Source of the DNA: Archangium sp.
GTDB lineage: Bacteria > Myxococcota > Myxococcia > Myxococcales > Myxococcaceae
NCBI GenBank assembly: GCA_031367385.1
Contig: JANLPS010000159.1
Coordinates: 1 to 28,001 of the forward strand
Direction of reading: 5' to 3'
DNA length: 28,001 nucleotides
Shown here piece after piece: positions 23,016 to 28,001 of this stretch. A model generated the notes under the pieces. The model did no database searches and had not been told where the DNA came from. It saw nothing but the letters and a program-made list of their open reading frames with translations. Numbering within the stretch: the first letter of the stretch is position 1; each line of letters starts with the position of its first letter. Position numbers and translations under genes: made by a program.

Positions 23016-25498
23016 TGGCACGCCTCGCAGCTCTCAGGGTTCTCGAGCGAGCACGACACCGCGTCGACTTCGCTGAGCGCCACCGGCGGAGCGGAAACCG
23101 GCGCCGCCGCCATCACCGGCACCACCGGGGTGACGACCGAACCGAACGATGAAGGTGACGAGACCGTCGTCTTCGCGATGCCCGTCGCCGGGCGGCTTCG
23201 CAGGTAATACGTGGTCTTGAGCCCCTTCTTCCACGCGTACATGTACATCGATGAGAGCTGCCCGATGTTCGGGTTCTCGATGAACAAGTTGAGCGACTGG
23301 CTCTGGTCGATGAACGCGCCACGGTCAGCGGCGAGGTCGATGAGCGAGCGCATCGGTATCTCCCACGCGGTGCGAAAGCGCAGCCGAATCGACTCGGGCA
23401 GCTCGGTCATCGCCTGCACCGAGCCCTCGGAGAGCTTGAGCCGAGCGCGGGTGTCGTCCGTCCACAAGCCCTGGGCTCGCAAGGCCGCGACCAGGTACCG
23501 GTTGACCTGCAAGAAGTCTCCAGAGAGCGTCTCGCGCTTGAACAGGTTCGACACCAACGGCTCGATGCACTCAGAGCAGCCGGCGATTGACGCAATCGTC
23601 GCGGTAGGCGCAATCGCCAGCACCAGCGAGTTTCGCAAGCCGTACTCTTGAATGCGGGCAATCAACCCGCTCCATCGCTCCTGATCAGCGGGGGTCACGC
23701 CCCAGGCGTGAAACTGCAGCTCGCCGCGGGCCGCGCGCGTCTCGGAAAACCCGGGGTGCGCGCCCTTCTCTTCGGCCAGCTCGTTCGAGGCGAGCAAGGC
23801 ATGAAAATAAATCTCTTCGGCGATCTGCTTCGACAGCGCCCGCGCTTCGGCCGAGTCGAACGCCAGCTCGAGCGAGAAGAAGAGGTCTTGCAGGCCCATC
23901 ACGCCCAGGCCCACCGGTCGCCACTTCGAGTTCGAGCTCTTGGTGGTCGGCAACGGGTACATGTTCACGTCGATGACCCGGTCGAGCTGGCGAATCGCCG
24001 TGCGCACCGTGCGTGCCAGCTTCGCGAAGTCGAACACGTTGACGCCGGCGTCGTTGAGCACCACGTGCCGCGAGAGGTTGACCGAGCCCAAATTGCACAC
24101 TGCGGTCTCGTCGCTCGAGGTGACCTCGAGAATCTCGGTGCACAAGTTCGACAGGTGTACCGCCACGCCGGGCAGCGCGGTCTGGTTGCAGCCGCGGTTC
24201 GCCGCGTCTTTGAACGTCATCCACCCGTTGCCGGTCTGAGCGAGGGTCTTCATCATGCGGGCGTAGAGCTCACGCGCCTTCACCGTGCGCTTGGCCAGGC
24301 CCTGGGCTTCGGCCTCGACGTACAACTTCTCGAACGCCTCGCCGTACACGTCTGAGAGGGTCGGCACGTCTTTGGGGTCGAACAGGCTCCAGGGGCCGTC
24401 GCTCTCGACGCGCTTCATGAACAGGTCAGGCACCCAGTTCGCCAGATTCAAGTTGTGCGCGCGGCTCGCTTCGTCGCCGGTGTTGTCGCGCAGCTCGAGA
24501 AACGCCTCGACGTCGGCGTGCCAGCTCTCGAGATACACGCAGCAGGCACCCTTGCGCTTGCCACCTTGATTCACCGCCGCGACCGACGCGTCGAGGGTCT
24601 TGAGCCAGGGCACGATGCCGTTGCTCTTGCCATTGGTGCCGCGAATCAACGAGCCGCGCGAGCGCACCCGGTGCCACGCCATGCCGATGCCGCCCGAGAA
24701 CTTCGAGAGCAAAGCGACGTCGGTGTACTTTTGATAAATCGAGACCAGGTCGTCAGCCGGCGAGTCGAGCAAGAAACAGCTCGAGAGCTGCTCATACCGG
24801 GTGCCCGCGTTGAACAACGTCGGGCTGCTCGGCACGTAGTCGAGCGATGAGAAGGTGCGGTAGAGCTCGAGCGCCTCTTGCACCGATTCAGCGAGCGAGC
24901 AGGCCACGCGCATGAAGAAGTGCTGCGGCGTCTCAATCACGTCGCGCTTGGTCGGGTGCCGCAGCAGGTAGCGGTCGTACACCGTTCGCAGCCCGAAATA
25001 TTCGAACAGCCGGGTGCGTGAGACATCGATGGCGTCGTTGAGCTTGCGCGCGTTCTGCTGCACGAAGGCCAGCAGCCGGTCGTTCACCAGACCCACCGAG
25101 TGCCCGGCCGAGATCGACAAGCTGAACGAGTGAATGTCGAGGCCCGCCACCTCTTTGTCGATGAAGGTCGACAACAGCCGCGCCGCCAGCCGCGAGTACT
25201 CGGGCTCTTCGATGATCATCGAGGCCGAGGTTTGAATCGAGAGCTGATCAAGCTCGCGGGTGGTCGCTCCGTCGTAGAGCCCGGCGATGGTCTTGAGCGC
25301 GACCCGCATGGCATCGACGTGCGCGATGCCATCGCAGCAGCGGGTCACCGCGCGAACGATTTTGTTGAGGTCGACTTGCTCGAAGCTGCCGTTGCGCTTC
25401 TTGACCCGCATGCCCGTGGGCACCGCCGAGTCATTCGAAGCAGATGGAGGAATTGCCGAGACCGCGCCTGACGCCGAAGTCGCCCGTTGCATCGCCAT
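23012..25498 (-). CDS. nrdA: Ribonucleoside-diphosphate reductase class Ia alpha subunit with ATP cone
   Basis: VKKRNG ATP cone, SPTLFNAG, QLSSCF, QGGKRKG, SNLCTEI, VCNLGS, APTAT, KTTYY, C-terminal CEAC. Confidence 0.97.
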   Translation of the reverse strand: MAMQRATSASGAVSAIPPSASNDSAVPTGMRVKKRNGSFEQVDLNKIVRAVTRCCDGIAHVDAMRVALKTIAGLYDGATTRELDQLSIQTSASMIIEEPEYSRLAARLLSTFIDKEVAGLDIHSFSLSISAGHSVGLVNDRLLAFVQQNARKLNDAIDVSRTRLFEYFGLRTVYDRYLLRHPTKRDVIETPQHFFMRVACSLAESVQEALELYRTFSSLDYVPSSPTLFNAGTRYEQLSSCFLLDSPADDLVSIYQKYTDVALLSKFSGGIGMAWHRVRSRGSLIRGTNGKSNGIVPWLKTLDASVAAVNQGGKRKGACCVYLESWHADVEAFLELRDNTGDEASRAHNLNLANWVPDLFMKRVESDGPWSLFDPKDVPTLSDVYGEAFEKLYVEAEAQGLAKRTVKARELYARMMKTLAQTGNGWMTFKDAANRGCNQTALPGVAVHLSNLCTEILEVTSSDETAVCNLGSVNLSRHVVLNDAGVNVFDFAKLARTVRTAIRQLDRVIDVNMYPLPTTKSSNSKWRPVGLGVMGLQDLFFSLELAFDSAEARALSKQIAEEIYFHALLASNELAEEKGAHPGFSETRAARGELQFHAWGVTPADQERWSGLIARIQEYGLRNSLVLAIAPTATIASIAGCSECIEPLVSNLFKRETLSGDFLQVNRYLVAALRAQGLWTDDTRARLKLSEGSVQAMTELPESIRLRFRTAWEIPMRSLIDLAADRGAFIDQSQSLNLFIENPNIGQLSSMYMYAWKKGLKTTYYLRSRPATGIAKTTVSSPSSFGSVVTPVVPVMAAAPVSAPPVALSEVDAVSCSLENPESCEACQ

Positions 25499-25636
25499 GT
25501 GTGTTGAGACCCCTCGTTCAAACCTGCAAAGCGGGCCCGCGACAAAGACGGCAAGAGCAGGCGCACCACGCGCGTGTCCCCTGCCGGCCCTCCCGAGCCC
25601 GGAGTAACTCGAGGCACCTCGCAGGGCGCCCCTTAT

Positions 25637-25802
25637 CGTTGGCAGGTCTTCGGGCTCGTGAGCGACTCCAAGGCAGCGTCACTTCCCAGTCTTTGAGGGA
25701 AAGACCGGGGTGAAACCGCCCACTCGAAACTCACTTACCGCTGCGGGCAGCCCCGGAGTTACACCGGGTTCCCTTTTCAGCCTGGTCGCCCAGGCACCAA
25801 CG
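25637..25802 (-). ncRNA. Cobalamin (B12) riboswitch in the nrdAB leader
   Basis: Minus strand reads CGTTGGTGC..AAAAGGGAACCCGGTGTAACTCCGGGGCTGCCCGCAGCGGTAA..ACTGGGAAG..GAGCCCGAAGACCTGCCAACG. It has the B12-element conserved blocks, the B12 box, and a P1 formed by CGTTGG/CCAACG. Confidence 0.93.
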
Positions 25803-25806
25803 CGGG

Positions 25807-25854
25807 TGTCCATATATAGGGGTCTGTACTTCATGTCAACACTACATGATGTAG
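25807..25854. promoter_or_regulatory. Tandem NrdR boxes (25807-25822 and 25839-25854)
   Basis: TGTCCATATATAGGGG and ACACTACATGATGTAG both approximate acaCwAtATaTwGtgt. They are 32 bp apart start-to-start, upstream of nrdAB. Confidence 0.8.
25811..25839 (-). promoter_or_regulatory. Sigma70-type promoter of nrdAB
   Basis: Minus strand TTGACA (25839-25834), 17 nt, TATATG (25816-25811). The predicted start site falls just before the riboswitch 5' end. Confidence 0.65.
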
Positions 25855-26022
25855 ATCATGAACGATATTCTCGCCCCTCGAGAAAACTGGGGGTGGGGTG
25901 ATCCAACAGCCATAGGTGTGCTTCAGGCCCACATCGCGCGTTCGCGATCGGCCCGAAATTGAAGACAGGGCAGAAACCACTCAGCTGTTTCCCTCGTAAA
26001 ATAGCGCACTCTCGAGAGTGGG

Positions 26023-28001
26023 GTGTACACTCCGACCACTCCCGTGGGTGGGCAATCGTTCATCGCTCCGAGCCTGCCGCTTGACCGGCGCCGCTTGGGC
26101 AAATTCGAAGTTCTGTGTCGCCTTTCGACCGGCGGCATGAGCGAGATTTTTCTCGCGACCCAGTCGGGTTTGGGCGGCTTCAATAAACTCGTGGTGTTGA
26201 AGACGATTCTCCCCGACATCTCGGGCGAAGAAGACTTCGTTCGAATGTTTCTCGACGAGGCCCGAACCACCGCCGGGTTCAATCACCCGAACATCGCCCA
26301 GGTCTACGAGCTCGACGTCGCCGACGGCCAGCTCTTCATGGCGATGGAGTTCGTTCAGGGGTGCACGCTGGTCGAAATGGCCCGGGCCTGCCGCCTGGCC
26401 AAAGAGCCCATACCCGTCGGGTTCACGCTGCAGGCCGTGCGCGACACCGCGCTGGCGCTGCACTACGCGCACAACTTCACCGACGCCCGCGGCCGCCGCC
26501 AAATCGTGATTCACCGCGACGTCGCCGAGAAGAACATCATGGTGACGTACGAAGGTGTCACCAAGCTGCTCGACTTCGGCATCGCGAAGGCCCTGGGCCG
26601 GGTCAACCGCACCAGCGTCGGCATGGTCAAGGGCACCAGCGGGTACATGTCGCCCGAGCAGATTCGCGGCGAGCCCCTCGACGGCCGCAGCGACATCTTT
26701 GCCCTCGGCGTGGTGCTCCACGAGTGCTTGACCGGCATGCGGCTCTTTCACGGCAAGAAGCCTGAAGACGGCATGATGGCGGCGCTCAAAGAGACGGTCG
26801 CTCCGCCCTCGAAGCTCAACTCCGAGGTCTCGCCCGAGGTCGACGCCATCGTGCTCAAGTCGCTCGCGCGCAACCGCGACGAGCGCTTCGCCACGGCGCT
26901 CGAGATGGCGCGCGCCATCGAGAAGGCCGCAGTGGGCGCCATCTGGCACCCCGAGCAGACCGCTGAGCTGGTCACGAAGCACTTCGTCGAACGCCGCCAA
27001 GAAACGCGTCGCTTGCTCGAGGGCTCGAGCTACGCCGAGTCGACTGGCGAAGTGAAAATCGACTCGCTGATGGCCCGGGTGAAGGCCAGCCAGTCGCTGC
27101 CTGAAGTGGCCAAGGTGCCACCCACCCCGCTCCCCACCACCGCGCCCTCGATTGCACCGGCGACGATGCCCGCCCCGACCTTCTCGGCCCAGACGCCCAA
27201 GGCCAACATCCCCATTTTGAACCCGGTGCCGCTGCCACCTGAGCACCCCGCGCCGGTCAACGCGCCACCGACGGGCCCCAAGCGCGCTGGAGACATCGGC
27301 CGCGCGGGCGAAAAAGCCAGCACCGCACCGGCCCGGCCCAAGGTCCTCAAAGACGCCGCTGAAGCACCCAAGCCCATCAACCTGCCCGGGGCCATGCCGA
27401 TGGCCGGTGCCGGCATGTACGGGCGCAACAACGACTTCGACGACGACGACGACTCCGAGGCGAAGACCATACCCGCGGCGGCGTTGCCTGACGACATCAA
27501 GGCCCTTCGCAAGCAGCTCCAGGAGCGCCGCGAAGCGGAGCTCGCCAAGCAAAGCCAGGCCGTGCCTCGTCAAGCGACGACCGAGCCCGGGGCGTTGCCG
27601 GCCTTTGCTCCCGCCGCGCAAGCCAAGGTGCCCAGGGCCGGCACGCCAGAGAAGCCCGCGCCGGTGCATGCGCCTCGAACCAGCTCGAAGAGCACGCCTG
27701 AGAAACCGTCGGTCGCCCACGCGCCGCTCCCGTTCTCCAGTGGTGAAGAGCAGAGCGTGACCACGCGCTCGCCCGACGGCGGCCGCGATGCCGTGCAGAC
27801 CAAACCGACCGCTACCGACTTCGATGACGACGGGCTGACCGCCATCGCCGCTCCGGAGTGGAAGCCAGAGCCCAAGCGTCACACCACCGGGCGGCCTCGA
27901 AAGAACACCAACGCCGCGGCTGACGCAGCAAAGGTCGAAAAAGGGGGGCCTCGCAACCGCAACATGCTCATCGCCATCATCGTGGTCTCGCTGCTGCTGG
28001 C
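26023..28001 (+). CDS. Hanks-type Ser/Thr protein kinase with Pro/Ala-rich linker and start of a TM helix (3' truncated by window)
   Basis: Manual translation: LGKFEVLCRLSTGGMSEIFLA, VVLK, FLDEAR, HPNI, HRDVAEKN, KLLDFGIAK, GTSGYMSPEQ, SDIFALG; ends NMLIAIIVVSLLL. In-frame TAG at 26002 bounds the start. Missing from the ORF track because it has no stop in the window. Confidence 0.93.
   Translation, partial: MYTPTTPVGGQSFIAPSLPLDRRRLGKFEVLCRLSTGGMSEIFLATQSGLGGFNKLVVLKTILPDISGEEDFVRMFLDEARTTAGFNHPNIAQVYELDVADGQLFMAMEFVQGCTLVEMARACRLAKEPIPVGFTLQAVRDTALALHYAHNFTDARGRRQIVIHRDVAEKNIMVTYEGVTKLLDFGIAKALGRVNRTSVGMVKGTSGYMSPEQIRGEPLDGRSDIFALGVVLHECLTGMRLFHGKKPEDGMMAALKETVAPPSKLNSEVSPEVDAIVLKSLARNRDERFATALEMARAIEKAAVGAIWHPEQTAELVTKHFVERRQETRRLLEGSSYAESTGEVKIDSLMARVKASQSLPEVAKVPPTPLPTTAPSIAPATMPAPTFSAQTPKANIPILNPVPLPPEHPAPVNAPPTGPKRAGDIGRAGEKASTAPARPKVLKDAAEAPKPINLPGAMPMAGAGMYGRNNDFDDDDDSEAKTIPAAALPDDIKALRKQLQERREAELAKQSQAVPRQATTEPGALPAFAPAAQAKVPRAGTPEKPAPVHAPRTSSKSTPEKPSVAHAPLPFSSGEEQSVTTRSPDGGRDAVQTKPTATDFDDDGLTAIAAPEWKPEPKRHTTGRPRKNTNAAADAAKVEKGGPRNRNMLIAIIVVSLLL

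Noticed and set aside
25981..27882. 633-aa minus-strand ORF in the track
   Set aside because: Antisense shadow of the plus-strand Ser/Thr kinase, which has recognisable catalytic motifs.

Overview
GC-rich bacterial chromosomal segment whose gene content (Cys-rich lipoproteins, a eukaryote-like Ser/Thr kinase, PG-binding/CHAP protein) suggests a myxobacterium (Myxococcota; inference). The main feature is a compact sterol-biosynthesis locus at 2.9-10.1 kb. It holds squalene epoxidase and squalene synthase transcribed divergently around a perfect 16-bp palindrome, an SDR coupled to squalene synthase, an uncharacterised alpha/beta-hydrolase, and an oxidosqualene cyclase with the cycloartenol-synthase signature residues. 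Upstream are a partial KTSC gene, queE, a stand-alone 120-aa protein that is about 47% methionine (with a hairpin-rich leader and its own terminator), an HSDL2-like SDR and a disrupted Cys-rich lipoprotein gene. The middle holds envelope/secreted proteins and an HD-like protein. The right end holds a class Ia ribonucleotide reductase operon (nrdAB) under a cobalamin riboswitch and tandem NrdR boxes, then a partial membrane Ser/Thr kinase absent from the ORF track. No rRNA, tRNA, CRISPR array or transposase was seen. All calls come from motif recognition by eye; no database search was run.
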